A DNA stretch of 64,000 nt. It comes from Sphagnum compactum. Its lineage: Eukaryota. Both the position numbers and the translations under genes were made by a program. Each line of letters opens with the position of its first letter. Position 1 is the first letter of the stretch. The DNA lies in NCBI GenBank assembly GCA_965153455.1, contig OZ234494.1, positions 8,556,001 to 8,620,000 on the forward strand, given 5' to 3'. The notes below the pieces were generated by a model that was not told where the DNA came from, did no database searches, and worked only from the letters and a program-made list of their open reading frames with translations. Positions 14,896-28,290 of the stretch are shown here, piece after piece.

Positions 14896-15700
14896 TAAGT
14901 CAGTCGTGGCGATGGGAGGTGTGTCTTGAAGTAGCTAGGTCGACCATTATTGCCCAACTTAAGATGGAGGATGATTGCATCCTTTGTAATGTAATTGATT
15001 TTTTTTATGAAAGAAAGTAACCAAGATAGAAAGGGGAGGGTCTTCTCGCCCTTTGAGGCTCCAAATGACATTGGCATAATTGTGTAAAAACACATCAGCC
15101 TGTTTGTGTAAACATTCAAATATTTCAATTGCTAAAGGGAGGAATTGATCTGTGGGGTGTTAATCGTGATAACTCCTTTCTTTGGCTTAAGTTGCATTGG
15201 AAGTGGCAAATCTTTGAATTGTGCAAAATTGGGGAAGTAAATCCACATAAATTGGATTACTATGACAATGTAAATTAAGGTGCAAATTCCATTTTTGGTG
15301 AACACAATATCGACTTGTCGATGGGAGGATTTGAGCATGGGTGAAGGAAACGCATGTAATTGTTCTTGTCTAATGTGGAAACCATCATCTTACACAATGG
15401 CAACAAAAGCATTACGAACTACATGATGGGTCCATGTGCATTTGTTGCCATTGGCACAATGTAAGAGGTGGATACCCGTAAGGTCAATGGGATGTGCACA
15501 CACACATCGGAAGAGGCTTGCATTTGAAGGTGTTGTATTTCTAGTTGTGCCTAAAGCATTGTGGAAAAAATGGGGAAGATAGTCAAAAGGGTGGGAAGAT
15601 TGGTTAAACTATAAACCAAGCGCCCATCCCAAGGCCAGAATATGATAAAATTCGAGCACGATGAACTTTAAATATTTCATTAAAGAACACGTGGGAAAAG
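14896..15700 (-). mobile_element. degenerate non-LTR retrotransposon 3' part with CCHC knuckle and restriction-like endonuclease (CRE/R2-like)
   Basis: Minus-strand translation RARILSYSGLGMGAWF..P ... CVCAHPIDLTGIHLLHC..THHVVRNAF ... RQVDIV ... AKERSY ... FLPLAIEIFECL: CCHC, H, D, K..Y and P.A.E motifs in RLE order; stops and frameshifts. Confidence 0.65.
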
Positions 15701-15769
15701 CAGGAAACGAAGCACAAAGTAGCAAATAGCTTAACAACAAAGGGGAGGGAACAGTAGAAGGTACCTTAA

Positions 15770-16120
15770 GAAATGTGAAACAACAAGGTGACGTAGGAAG
15801 TAGTAGGGTGAAATGTTAGACAACACCAAGTGAAATGAAGCACAAAACAACACAAAATGAAACAGAAGCGAAAAACAATAGGTCGAAAGTCAAGGTAGCA
15901 ACTTGAAGGGTGAGGTAGTAGGTTGAAAGGTAGGAGTAGCAAGAAAAAGTGCAATGGAGTAAGCATGAAGCACAAGTGTGAAACAATAGAGAGAAGGGTG
16001 AGGCAGCAAGATAAAGGGTGAAGTAGCAAGGTGAAATGTAAACATTGGCGCAGAACAATAAGCAAAGTGATGGAGCAAGCACAAAACAATTGGTGGGAAA
16101 GAGCGATGGTGAAAAAAATA
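15770..16120. repeat. degenerate purine-rich short tandem repeat (GGTGAGGCAGCAAG/GGTGAAGTAGCAAG-like subunits)
   Basis: Recurring AAGGGTGA(G/A)G(C/T)AG and GAAGCACAA motifs; explains the spurious hydrophobic ORFs at 15766-16277. Confidence 0.5.
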
Positions 16121-18699
16121 AGAAAAAACAACATGGAAAATAAGAAATTAAAAAAAAAAGGGAAGGAAGGGGGGAAAAAAAATAAATTGGGAAGGAATTA
16201 TTTTTTTTGAAAAAGTAAGGGAGAAAAGATAATAAGGAGAAAAAAAACCTTAAGTAACTAACGACCTTGCAACACATAAAACAAGAGAAAGTAAGAGGAT
16301 GAAGATAACGGCTCCAATCCCTTTTTATTCACAATAATTAGGGTTTAGGGAAGATAAAGGAGTCCCTATTTCCTAATATAAACATGAACCCTAATTTCAA
16401 CCAATAACCAATAACCTTGAGAACCTAACTCAAGTAAGAGGACTTACCTCACCTGGGTTTTAATATTTTAAACTTTTATTTTTATCGCAAGTTTTCACCA
16501 TTTCAACTGATGATCAAGGTTTCAGTCAAGGTATCATTAAAGGTGATACCTTGAAGGGTTTAGTTATGGATACTTGGTTGATACCCAAAAATATTTTTGA
16601 TAAGTGCATTTATGAACAAGATGATGAACTACATTATATGCTTCAATGCACAATGGTGACGACATCTTTTAGGTGATAATTGTTAGGTGAAAGATAATTT
16701 GGAATGTATAAGTGAAAGGCTCACAATCATGGGATGTGATAAGGAGCCCTTGCAAATAACCAATTCCTCCATTACATCCAACAACTAATTAATCTTAATT
16801 CATAGCCATCAAAATTTGGTGAGATCAATGGCTCAAAAAATTTGGATTCAAACAAGGCTTGTGTTGTAACTACAAATTAATGGGAGGTGTAAATTGGTGA
16901 AATTTTGCTAGCTGGAAACAATGGTGTGAACCCTCTTAATTATGCCTTTTGTAAATGGGCAAATATCGTAAGTAAATGAGGAGGGAATGTAAATGATTAC
17001 TATGTACGTAAGTAAAACACTTGGTGGATATTATGGAAATAGATGTATGCAAATGGTTATGCATAGTTCAACACCATACTTAATTATAGGACATGAATAA
17101 AACCAAAAACAAATCCATATGGACACACCATCCATCTTGCACATTGCATAAGTGGTGCTAGTTGATTCCAGTCATTTTTATGTTGCTAGGAGGCCATTAA
17201 AAAAAACCATATAAGATTTTTGTTTCCTTTCTTTTAATTGGGGGGAGGGGGGGGGGGGGGATAATGAATGGATAAATGCTTCAACCATGGGAATATATAT
17301 GAATTGGCATAAATTTCATGACGTGGTGGGATTGAAAACTTAAATATGCAATGTTATTCTTTGACAAAAAAGATTTATTTATGAAAATAAAATAAAATTT
17401 TGATGTTTGATTTCAAACAACTTGATTGGGAAATAAGTTGATTATAGTTGATAAAAAAAATTAATTTTAAGAATATCGATTGATGGTTTCTTTCAAGACC
17501 ATACAATTGCATCTTTAAAAATATGATCATCCATGTACAACTTTGTAAATGATTATGTTTTAATCGCAATAGGGTGGTGCAACAATGTTACAATCCAAAT
17601 ATGAAAAGTATCATTCTTTGTGACCTTATGAATATTCAAGACCAATAGCACTTGATTTTGAGGTGTCATCCATATTTGAAGGTCAATGAAAATATTCCAA
17701 GACATGTTTCATGACAACACAAAGGACTTTATCTTTGAAAAATCAAGTATGTGTGAATAGCTGTTGTTTTTACATGCCAAAGTTTTTTGGTGATTTAGGC
17801 TTTTGTTTAATTGTCACATTGGTATTCGGCAATTTTAATTGAGAAAATAAAGTCTCCAAATAAAAAAGGCCACATTGAAATCCAACTTCAATTATAAAAT
17901 TGGGGAAAATAATTTGAATTTGGCAATTTATTGACATACTTATATGGCAAACACTTGGAGTTAATCTTAATTGTACTTTAATTCTTTTTATAACATTTTA
18001 CTCATGCATTCTTGGGGCCCATCCATCCTAATGCAAATGTAATGGTCAAATGTGAAAGATGAAACATTCATTGTACTGTTAATGAAAAAATGAAGAAGAA
18101 TGTGCAACTACATTTGTTATTTTGAAATCAAGTAAATCTACACAAATTGCAAATGATAAAAAAGAAAACAAAGCAAAAAGATTCTCCTATTTTTTCAAGT
18201 TTAAAAATAGAGGCTTCTTAGAAGAATTTGATGATAAAAGTTGTGAAATGCAAGGAAATTTGGTCCATGCCATGACATTTGCATCAATCTTATCGATATT
18301 TATTGATAAACCCTTCTTGGGATGTTTATTCCTCACGCTTTAGTAAAAAATTGAAGAAAAAAAACATTTCATCATTCACTTTTTATTCATAATAAAATTT
18401 TAGTAAAGTGTTAGAGAAAGTTACTTAAACCTGAAAGCATCCCAAATGAATATAAATAAAGTTAGTCTTTTTTATATTATATTTAATCTATTCAACATCA
18501 ATTTAAGGTATGATATTACGTTTTAGCTTTGATCCTTTTGTTCATGCTTACAATCATTTCATATTTTGAATAATTATTTTAGAAATATTTTTCACCTATA
18601 TTGTGATGTTTTAGATTATTGTGTTATGCAATGGGACTTAGGTTTAGACATGTTTAAAAAAATATTTATAGTTTGTGCTAGCTCTTAAGCCCGTTGAAA

Positions 18700-18975
18700 A
18701 TTGATTTTCTTACAAGATTTTTTTGGTCAAAGGAAACAAAAAGAAAATTTGAAAGAGAAAAATGAAATAAGTGAGTTTTGAGATTTTAAATTCAAAAGAG
18801 TTTGATTTAAAAAAAATTAAATCCACAAAAAGTCTATACTTGATTCAAGTAACAAAGCCAATAATATAAAAATTGATGCTTCAAATTTCTTGTTTGCGTG
18901 TCTCTTTTATAGCCAAATTTGACTAAACTTCCTATGGATAATAACAAAAACTATGGCTATATCACAAAATTGAAC
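18700..18975 (-). repeat. short dispersed repeat family, inverted copy
   Basis: Reverse complement reads TTTTGTGATATAGCC..ATCCATAGGAAGTTTAGTCAAATTTGGCTAT. Confidence 0.55.
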
Positions 18976-19284
18976 CCAAAAAAACATAGTTGGGCATTCC
19001 TCAATTGTGGTAAGTTTTTGTGCTCATGACACAAAGTGCTTACTCTTTTAAGCTATAGTTCTAAATGACTAGTTATCTTATATAGAGATTCCTGAACATC
19101 ACCTATTTATATCCATCACATCCAAGGTACTTCTAGTGTTAGGGTGTAGGGTTTAGACCCAAAGCAAAGGCATAGTAGCCCTATGATTTGTTCAGTTCAG
19201 AGTTCACTATAGGGCCATCAACTACTTTACCATGGAGTGCAAGAAAGCCCAGAGCAGGTAATTCAAGTAACTTCTTTGTTCCCT

Positions 19285-19602
19285 TTGTTGGCCTTGCCTA
19301 CCAAGGCAAGGATATTGTGTTTAGATTCATTATAGAGTATAGTAGCTTAAGGGACTTTGGCCCCTAGGTCTATAGGTCTATTTTTATACGAGGAATTTTG
19401 AAAGATGATATTTTGGCTTGTGTTGAAACTTGAGATTAATTATATAGTTATAATATTTTGCAGGGTTTTGGTTTTCATTTTGAGGATTTTTCCAAGATTA
19501 TATTTTTGCATATTTGAGTTTCCATAATTCTTCTTCTTTTGCCTTAAGATACTTTGTAATTGAAAATGGCAAGGCCACAGTGCATGACACACACCCCTTG
19601 TT
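19285..19602 (+). mobile_element. non-autonomous Helentron/Helitron2-like element, copy 1
   Basis: 5' hairpin CCTTGCCT-ACCA-AGGCAAGG (19292-19311); asymmetric inverted repeat TGGCCTTGCC (19289) / GGCAAGGCCA (19568); 3' GTG..GACACAC-CCCTTG; T-rich flanks, no TSD seen; three copies in window. Confidence 0.6.
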
Positions 19603-19683
19603 TCACTGGGAACAAGGGACAGGAGAAGAACATGATGCATACATACTGACATTAGACCTGGAGTCTCTCTGTCTGGTAGCTGT

Positions 19684-19712
19684 GGGTTTAGGGTTTAGGG
19701 TTTTAGGGTTTA
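19684..19712 (+). repeat. interstitial telomere-like (TTTAGGG)n
   Basis: GGGTTTAGGGTTTAGGGTTTTAGGGTTTA; shorter CCCTAAA runs at ~11155, ~11278, ~22800, ~24195. Confidence 0.75.
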
Positions 19713-20651
19713 CAACACAGGAGTGACACATGTAAGAAAAAAAGGAACCAAATGATGTGAATGCTTTCCAATTTTATGATCACACCAGTTCAAGAACTTA
19801 CTTATTACTAGTCAGCTGCTTGTAATAACCCCCACAACATGCTATATGGCACCTGTGATTTTGCAGTTCATGAGAGCACCACATTTGGCACCACCATAAC
19901 TAAAGGGATGGGAAAAAGTAGGGAATAATTTTAAAAAATATTCAGGTCTGTAACTTGGGTTGGGTCATTTGGGATTTTCTAAATTGAGAATTAAAATATA
20001 AAAATTAAAAAAATAATTTAATGGAAGTAAATTTGTAATATTCTCTTGCTATCCCTAATAATAATAAAAAGCTTCATTATTTGTAAGTTCCTGTAAGTAG
20101 ATGATCTTATCACAACTCTCATTTACCAAAAAGCCACAGAGAAAAGAAAGAACCTTAATTTGTCACAGGAACAGATTAGATGATACCTGTAGTTAGTTAG
20201 TACAGGAGCAGCAGCTTCAACACATGTCTGCCCAATAATTAATGATTTAAAATATTAGCTGTTGAAAAAGAATATTCCTATATATTCAAAAAACAATTTC
20301 TCTATTTTCCTTCACAAAATACTATCCATTGAATTTAGTTTTCCTGGCCTCCAAGACTTGGAAATATTATTTTCCATTAATGCCTAAATCCCGATCAGTG
20401 AAATTCTTTTTCCGAAATTTGTTTCACCAAAAAAAATTGGGAACATTTATTATCATTATTATTTTTATTTGGGGGGTTTCTAGGGTAAAATTGACTAATT
20501 TTGCTACTTTATAGAAAAAAATTCCAAACTTTTTATAACACAAATTCAGGGGGAAAAATAATCAGCTTTACCCATTTTAAAGCACAAAGGTGAACATTGT
20601 CACAAACCTAAACACATGTAGATCATGAGGTAGAGGAAGGTGAGGGTTCTT

Positions 20652-20687
<36 letters not shown>

Positions 20688-21449
20688 TACACCTATAACT
20701 AGGCATCCCAAATTGCTTATTTGGACACATTGGGAATGAATTATGAATGTGTTCAAGGCTTAAAAATATTTCAATTGTACATTCATACAAAGAAGTTACC
20801 ATTGATATCATGAGGTGAGCTTAAGTGAAACATCACCAATTGTCCATTTCTTTTTCTTTTTTGCATACAATGCGCTTTGAAAATCCATTTATTCAAACAA
20901 TGAAAATACTCTGTTGTTTAAAAAAAATGTGACATCAATTTACAAAGGTGAAATGAAATGTAGATAATGTGGTAGATCTAGTTATGCAAGATTGTCATCA
21001 ACTTTATGTAGCCATGAAAAAAACACAAGGAGGTGTTTGACCTCAAGTGGGAAGGAATAGGAATATACAATATATTTATCCAATTGTTTTCAATCGTGAT
21101 GAAGAATTGCAATGGAATGTTTCATTTTATGTCTCCAATTTGTATATTTTGAAGATCCGATAACTAAAGGGTGTGAATATGAAAAATTCAACAAGCTTTT
21201 TTGTGCCAATAAATAAATAAATCAACAATCTTTTGCATGTGATTATCCCTTCGAACCTGTTTTCTCATACCCTTGATTGCTTTAATTTTGACATTTCATC
21301 GAGGATGAGGTTTGGGGGAGGGGAGGAAAGAGAGAAATCCTAATTCCTCAAGCCCAAAAAGTTGTGTTGTGGGATTAAGTATGGCATAAATCATAATGGG
21401 CATCGATCCAAATATGGACAAATCAAATAGGCTAACCATGTCACCAATG

Positions 21450-21700
21450 TTTTGTTTTCAAATTTGTGAAGTAGGTGGGTTGGTGATCATACACAAGAGT
21501 ACTTAGTTAAATTTGGCTAGAGGTTAGAGGAGGAAGTAGAAAAATTTAGCATTCCCCTTGTAGTTTGGTGACTTTGAATTTGTTTTCCTCATAAAGTGAC
21601 AACTTGGGCCCATTTTTTTCCCCCAAAAATAAGCCTTTGTACCTTCCACACCTTCCTTTTTTTTTTCACCATGTTGTGAAAATTATCTCAAAAGAAAACA
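21450..21700 (+). repeat. short dispersed repeat family copy
   Basis: TTTGTGAAGTAG..GTGATCATACACAAGAGTACTTAGTTAAATTTGGCTA core. Confidence 0.55.
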
Positions 21701-23529
21701 TTGCATGGCACCATATTGTGCCACTTGTAATCAGTATATGGCATATCACAATGAAATCACAATAATGGATGCAAGGGTCTTGATTCAATGTAATAAAGGT
21801 GACCTATGCAAAATATGAAACTGAATTGAATTGACCATTTAGGATTTGTGAATTCCAAAATGTGACTTTCCGTGGCATAGCTATAGCAATCTTATTTGAG
21901 TTGAAACTTGAAACATAGATGTAATTAGGTACTTGTGGGGGGGGGGGGGGGGGGGGATTATGTTAAGGGATGAAGGGTGGGAACATTTTCATTTGATCAT
22001 TCACATTGGTAGCATTGAAACAAAGGACGGGTAAGTGCTCACTTGTCCTATTTGGATACTAGAGAATGGTAGTGTTAGACACTACAAGTAATGGCAATGT
22101 GTTTTGCATGGTGAAATTTGGAGCAATTTTGTTAAATGCAACCCACGTACGATAAGCAAAGGGAGAGACCAACACATACCACTTGTACATTTACTGGCTT
22201 TTCTATTCATGTTTTTTTAATTCATGCCTAGACAAGAGGTCAACTTATTGCATGGATGTGCTTGGAACATGAGATGCACCATGCAAGCCTTCTCAAATTG
22301 ATGTTATCATTTCTTTGTGTTCCAAATGCGAAATGAATATCGTCATTTTGAATCAAATACCAATATATAAAAAGAACATCAAAGGAACAACATTCCTTAC
22401 ATACATTCAACTTGACAACATGAAATTTACCCAATTCTGGGACAAAGTTGAATATCTATTTATTTTGTTGGTGGGTGGTGCAATAAACTCCTTAAAACCC
22501 AATAAAGCTTCAAAGTTCACCCATTGGGACAGGTACCCAACCCTTATGATTTATGGGGGGCTATATAGGAATAATAGAGGTCACACGAGCCTTGTACGAA
22601 TCTTTTACTGGTCTCAATATTAAGTTAATATATACTTTGCCTCATACCAGCAGAAAAATCAGTCCTGGACCCAATACCAGGACTAGAATGGTATGAATTT
22701 TTTAAAAAAGGACCCAATACCAGGTTTGAGCGAAAAATGACAAAAATCACCAAATTTTTGATGTCACAATAGTGGGGGAAAAAAAAAGAAAAAGAAAAAA
22801 CCCTAAACCCTAAACCCTTCTCCCTCCCTGAAAGGAAGGAAGGTCTGTGCTCCATCACAGGGTACCCCTGTCACAATTCTTTAAAAAAATCATAAGTAAC
22901 TGAAAAATGATTAAAAAAATCAGCTTCAACTTGGGTTGAGTTTAAAATCATCTTGTCTTTAAGATAATAATGAGTGCAGAATTTTTATTTTTTTGGGGGG
23001 AGGCAAATATTAATATTTACTCTCAAATATGCTTATTCTCACTCACAGTTTTGGGTGACTCCTAACCTTATGGCAACATGATGGTGTGTATGCTTCCAGA
23101 TGGCATTCAGTGAAGGTGTGTGTTGATAGGTGCATTTAGATTCATTGATCACACACTTATTAGTGTGGTCAGCCATGTGGAGTGTTTGGTGCTTACACCC
23201 ACATGGATAGACTACTACAGTTGAAGTTGCAGTTGTGGCTTTTTTTGTTGATGAGTGGCCAAGTAATACCTAAGTATCATGAAAGAGATCAGGATGCATC
23301 CACTACTGCCAACATGCAACAGATTCCCCCAAACCAAACAAATTGTATTTATTTATTCATTTATTTGTATTGTTTGGGGTATAAACTATAAACATCAGAT
23401 ACAAAGTTTTTTTTATAATATAAAGAACGATAATTAACAGAGGGAACCACTTCATAAACTACAAACCATAAGGGCCCTCCACATGGTGAACCTTATGTGC
23501 AACGATGCTATACGATCGTAACCTAGCTA

Positions 23530-23766
23530 GGGTCAGTTTTCACATTGACAAAATGAATATTTTTTTTCAAATAATTTATTCTTTTTTAAAATTTGCAAAA
23601 TAAAAAAAAATATTTCATCATCTACTATAATATTGTGATATGAGTAGTGAAATTATTCAGAGTGTAGCCTATGATAATTATGATGATTTTCAACATGTCA
23701 AATTCATATTTTTCAGTAAATTTTAATTCACAATTTTGAGGATTATTTCGTTACGGAAACTGACCT
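23530..23766. mobile_element. MITE with short TIRs (GGTCAGTTT...AAACTGACC), Harbinger-like
   Basis: CTAGGGTCAGTTTTC at left versus GGAAACTGACCTTAG at right; AT-rich interior. Confidence 0.55.
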
Positions 23767-23984
23767 TAGGGTAAGGTACTGGACAAGTGAGAAATTTTTT
23801 AGCCATTCTTTCTTTACGAGAATGTAAAAAAAAGTGCATTTTAGGAAAGATTTGCAATGAGTGGAATTTTCTGGAATTTTTATTTTAATAATGCCTTGCT
23901 ATATCTGTTGTTGAAGCCTTTAAATTTGTACTTCAAGGAGGTTGATGAATCCTAAGTTCCACAGTGCTTTTTAGGTGGGGGGTA

Positions 23985-24110
23985 AATTTTGTGATGTTGT
24001 CAACATGGTGATCAACCATAGGAAGCTTTAGCCAAATTTGGCTCTTTTTACATATATGTATGTATATATAAGAATTTTTTAAAAAACATCCTTCTATATA
24101 TTAGTCTTTA
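23985..24110 (+). repeat. short dispersed repeat family copy
   Basis: TTTTGTGATGTTG..GTGATCAACCATAGGAAGCTTTAGCCAAATTTGGCT core. Confidence 0.55.
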
Positions 24111-25116
24111 CACCATGTATATAGCCCATGGACCAGGGCTTTACGAAATTCAGGATTCCCTCAACTCTCACCTTGACATCCCTTATTTCCATAAACCCTA
24201 AACCCTACACTAAATTTTATACTTTCACTTGGCAACGGCATTGTAACAATGGACAACCCCAGTTTCATTGTACATGTCACACTCGACTTTGTTAAGTGGG
24301 CAAGTTAAGTCAGTCAACAATGCAAACATTGGCATTTGGTCTTGTGTTATGATGAAATTGTTGTTGTTGTTGAGCTTCCCTTTCTTTGCGGATAACTAAT
24401 ATTGTATTCCAGGTCAAATTGAAACATCTTCTCCTCTTCCAACTTTCATCCATATGGGTCAACACACGACGCCTAATGGATGAAAGTCAACCACACTTCA
24501 AAGCAGGACATCATCAGAACTAAGATAAAATTGATTGAAGATTCATTCATCTCCGCCTTTTTGACATTGTTATGATTCAGGAATTGTAATCCAACCTTGT
24601 TGTTGGGCTTCTGGCCGGCAAGATGAGGAAAAGACCCTCTCGGGTTGCTTCCCAACAAACATGTCGAAGACACAAATTTTATAATGTAAAGCCACATCAA
24701 CAACATATCAACACCAGACACACGGCAAGTAAGGCTTAGTCCACAAATTCCTTATGTAAAATCGTTGGGAAAAATGGTTTGTAGGTCCCCCCCTGGGCCC
24801 CCCGCCCCCACCACCCCTTGAAATCATCGTATTCTTTCAACTTAGTTGTAAAGACACATGATATGTTAAAATGTTGGAAATAGACGAGTTTTCTAAGCAT
24901 TGTAGTTAGCCATTTGTAGCCAAATATTTATGATTATTGGCACATCTATAACTGACACATGTAAGGAGATCTTGGCACCATGCTTTGGGAAACAAAAGAA
25001 TGGGCATATTAAAAATTATAACCAGCATGTGTAAGATCTTCCTACCAAGCTTTGGAAACTTTTAATAACCAACATGTGTAAGATCTAAGATCCTTTCTAC
25101 CAATGCTTTGAGAACA

Positions 25117-25401
25117 AACATGGGGCGTGTCACACTGTGTCTTACGCTTAAAAAGTATTTTAAAGCAAAAGAAGAATCATGGAAACTCAAATATTTCACC
25201 ATGCAAAAAATATAATCTTCAAAAAATCCTCTAAAACAAACCAAAATCTTCCAAGATGTTATAACTCTATAACCAATCTCAGGTTTCATCACAAGCCAAA
25301 ATATCATCTTTCAGAAATCCTCATATAAAAATAGACCTATTACCTAGGGATTGAAATCCCTTAAGCTACTATACATTTGCCTTGGTAGGCAAGGCCAACA
25401 A
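25117..25401 (-). mobile_element. non-autonomous Helentron/Helitron2-like element, copy 2 (inverted, small internal deletion)
   Basis: Ends TTGCCTTGGTAGGCAAGGCCAACAA and AACATGGGGCGTGTCACACTGTG are reverse complements of the termini of copies 1 and 3. Confidence 0.6.
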
Positions 25402-25922
25402 AATGGGAACTTATTATAGCATGAAAGTAGACATGTTATATATATGACCATCATTTGGGTCCTACAGAAGTGCAGATCTTTGATCCACATTGTTGTCTTA
25501 CAAACAAAGGATTCGAGTAAATGTTGCTCCAGCTTCCCTACATGTGAAGCTAGAACCGATCTCTCTTTCTCTCTCTGGTTAGAGGATGACTATGATGACT
25601 ATTCTGACGTTGTGTCCGTGCAGAGTAATGACAATCTTTTACATCATTGAGTATTGTGAGAGATAGCATTTCAGTCCAGTCAAAACAAGTGTTGAAATGA
25701 TTATCAGAAACTGAAACTTATAATCCGAAGCTCTTTATATGTGCGTGTGTATGGTGTGTGTGTGTGTGTATGGTGAGTGTAAATGACTCTTTTTTGTTAA
25801 TTTTGGTGTGCATTTTGAGGGATATAACCCATGAGAAGAACTTTAGCGCACTAGGCCATGGGGAAGATCCTCCTTAAAAAAAAGAAGGTCCAATGGTCCC
25901 ATAAAAATAAAGTCATTTTACA

Positions 25923-26035
25923 TAGGGAAGGTTCCTGTACTCGTGGGTTCTCCTAAGGTTCTCCTAAGGTTCGGGAACACCCTTGGGTGGCCGGCCCTCC
26001 CTCAAGAGAACCCATTGCTATAGGAACCTCCCCTA
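25923..26035. mobile_element. small MITE/foldback with ~30-bp imperfect TIRs and TA flanks
   Basis: TAGGGAAGGTTCCTGTACTCGTGGGTTCTC versus reverse complement of right end TAGGGGAGGTTCCTATAGCAATGGGTTCTC. Confidence 0.6.
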
Positions 26036-26086
26036 CAACATACACACACACACACACCACCGGTTTTGGAAAATCAAATAACCAGG

Positions 26087-26277
26087 TTTGATTTATAACC
26101 ATGGTAACCCTAAACCAGTGAACCTAAGCCAGTTTTGATTTATAACCATGGTAACCCTAAACCAGTAAACCTAAGCCAGTTTTGATTTATAACCATGGTA
26201 ACCCTAAACCAGTAAGCCTAAGCCAGCTTTGATTTACAATCATGGTAACCCTAAAGCAGTAACCCGTAACCAGTTTT
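26087..26277. repeat. 47-bp tandem repeat x4
   Basis: ATGGTAACCCTAAA recurs at 26101, 26148, 26195, 26242. Confidence 0.9.
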
Positions 26278-27295
26278 CATGATGATCTTAAACTTTTTTT
26301 CACTCAACTTGCGAGGATTGAAACCCTTAAAAAACTACTTGGGTTTTTGAATTTTGAATTTCAGGTTTGGATGAAATTTAGTGGGTTGCTGAAAAAAAAA
26401 AGAGAAGCTGATTTCACCAGGATCCAACACAACAAGAGAAGGAAGAGAGAGTGCGTGAAAAAAAGTAAAGTAAAGAAAAGAAAGGGCAAATGCCCAAGTT
26501 GAGGATCAAATAAAGAATAAAAACTTCACAACTGAGCCTGGTTGACACCTGGGGGTTTGGATTATGGCACCTGTTTATTTTTAATAAATATTTTATTTAA
26601 TTATTTAAAAAATATGAAAATATATTTGAATATTTTTATAAAAAATAAAAACTTGCAAATTTTATGGCACTTGGGTAGCAGAACTTTTATGATTGAAATG
26701 GGCCTAGGAACTAAGTTACAAGCCCTTTGATGCTGAGGATGTGGATGAGGATGTGCTGATGATAACTCTGAGGAGCAGAAGGAGTTGACTCAGTCCACAG
26801 AGTACCCAGACAGAACCAGAACAGAACCCATCCATGCTTCGTTACCCATTTAAGTAAACCTAAACCAGCATTGCTTAAATTGGGGGTACTGGTGACCTCA
26901 TGTGTACTGGAGCTTGATTAGGAGCAGGATCCTCGTGTTGTCCCAGCTAACCCTAATGAGTCCTGTAGCAGCTAAGAAGTTAGTATCTGTTTGGAACCTA
27001 AAACCCACAACCTCAACCAGTCAATTATATTATTATTGCCAATTTTGGGCTCTGTTCAGGGTTTTTAAAAAATTAAAAATAAAATAAAATTATATATATG
27101 ATTTTAAATTTTTTGGTAGATTTTTGTGGTTTCTAAATTTTGGTGAATTATTCCCCCGAATTTTGGAATTTTTTTTCGAATTTGTACACTCAAAAAAATA
27201 ATTTCCAATTTTTTTTGGTCACTACAATGCAAAAAGAATTTGCGCAAGAAAATAAAGGCCGGCTGTAACAATAAGGGCTAGAGTTTTTGGAACCA

Positions 27296-27617
27296 ACAGG
27301 CTACCAGCCCACCGTGAGGGATGGATGGATGGATGGTGGGTGGACGGGAAAACACTTTTCCATTGGGTTCCAGCTCCATAGCTAACCATGATGGTTAACT
27401 GAGTTGCTATCTTGACTACCTACCTACTAACAACCCACTAATCCTTCACATACTTACAAACCATCAGTGACATGCAATTAATTAGAAATTACCTATTGTC
27501 CAAGCTTACCCTAGAGAAACCTATTTTGGCAAAGGTGAAACCAGACATCAACTGAGGTTGGGGTTCATCCACAACTGAGTCATAACAGGCTTCCAATGGA
27601 TTTTGTGCTGGTTGCCG
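27296..27617. mobile_element. short non-autonomous element with (GGAT)n; right end resembles the inverted left end of the 48-kb composite element
   Basis: TGGATTTTGTGCTGGTTGCCG (~27597) partly matches the reverse complement of 48013-48042 (TGGATGGTGCACTGGTGGGTGCTGG); both carry GGATGG tracts near an end. Confidence 0.3.
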
Positions 27618-27769
27618 TTACTTCATTCTAACCAAGAACTCCAAGTAATAATTATTGAATGAAATTGGGATTTGTCGCAAGTCCATAGTTTCATCTCAAA
27701 ACTGTGATCCTATACGTTAAATTTTGCCTAGTAAGGCACCCTCCAAATACACTATGAATTTTGTCCAAG

Positions 27770-28290
27770 GTTGTTACGTGTAGGCTAAGGACAAAAAAAA
27801 GGGGGCCATTCTACGAATGAGGGCTTGTGATCCAAGGTAGGAGCCAAGGGTAGGACCTGAATTCCCAAACCGCCCCATTTGAGATCCTTACTTGACTTAA
27901 AAGGTCCTTTAGAATTTGAGAGGCGGAGTCGGGACCCTTCACATACACTGAAAAAAACTCTAGCGGTTCCTTATGTCAACATACGGAATGGGAGTTCATC
28001 TAAGCCTATGAGTAGGCATAAGGTCCCTCCTTACAAGTGTACAATACCTTCCCTTTCCAAAATACTAGGTGCATGATCCCTCATACTCCTACACTACTCC
28101 CTTGTGAATTGCATATGTTTAGGCTTAATTTAAGGTGGGTAAGTCCCACAGGTGAGGTTCATTCCCAAATGTGGGGCTGGACTCGGATTCAGCCCTTGTC
28201 TTGCTTGGGCCCTTACTGTTTTGGGAATTCTCACACCGTAAGGCTTTTGAACCCTACCGTAAGGTTTTAACCCTACACTTGTCGAATATG
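27770..28290. repeat. diverged dispersed repeat (LTR-like?) related to 8530-9200
   Basis: Shared blocks as listed for 8530-9200; begins TGTTA; the second terminus and a TSD were not resolved. Confidence 0.4.

Noticed and set aside
15766-16277. Hydrophobic 122-153 aa ORFs
   Set aside because: Products of purine-rich degenerate repeats and A-tracts.
24230-24735. GC-richer coding-like segment
   Set aside because: Frames examined are interrupted by stops and show no identifiable motif.
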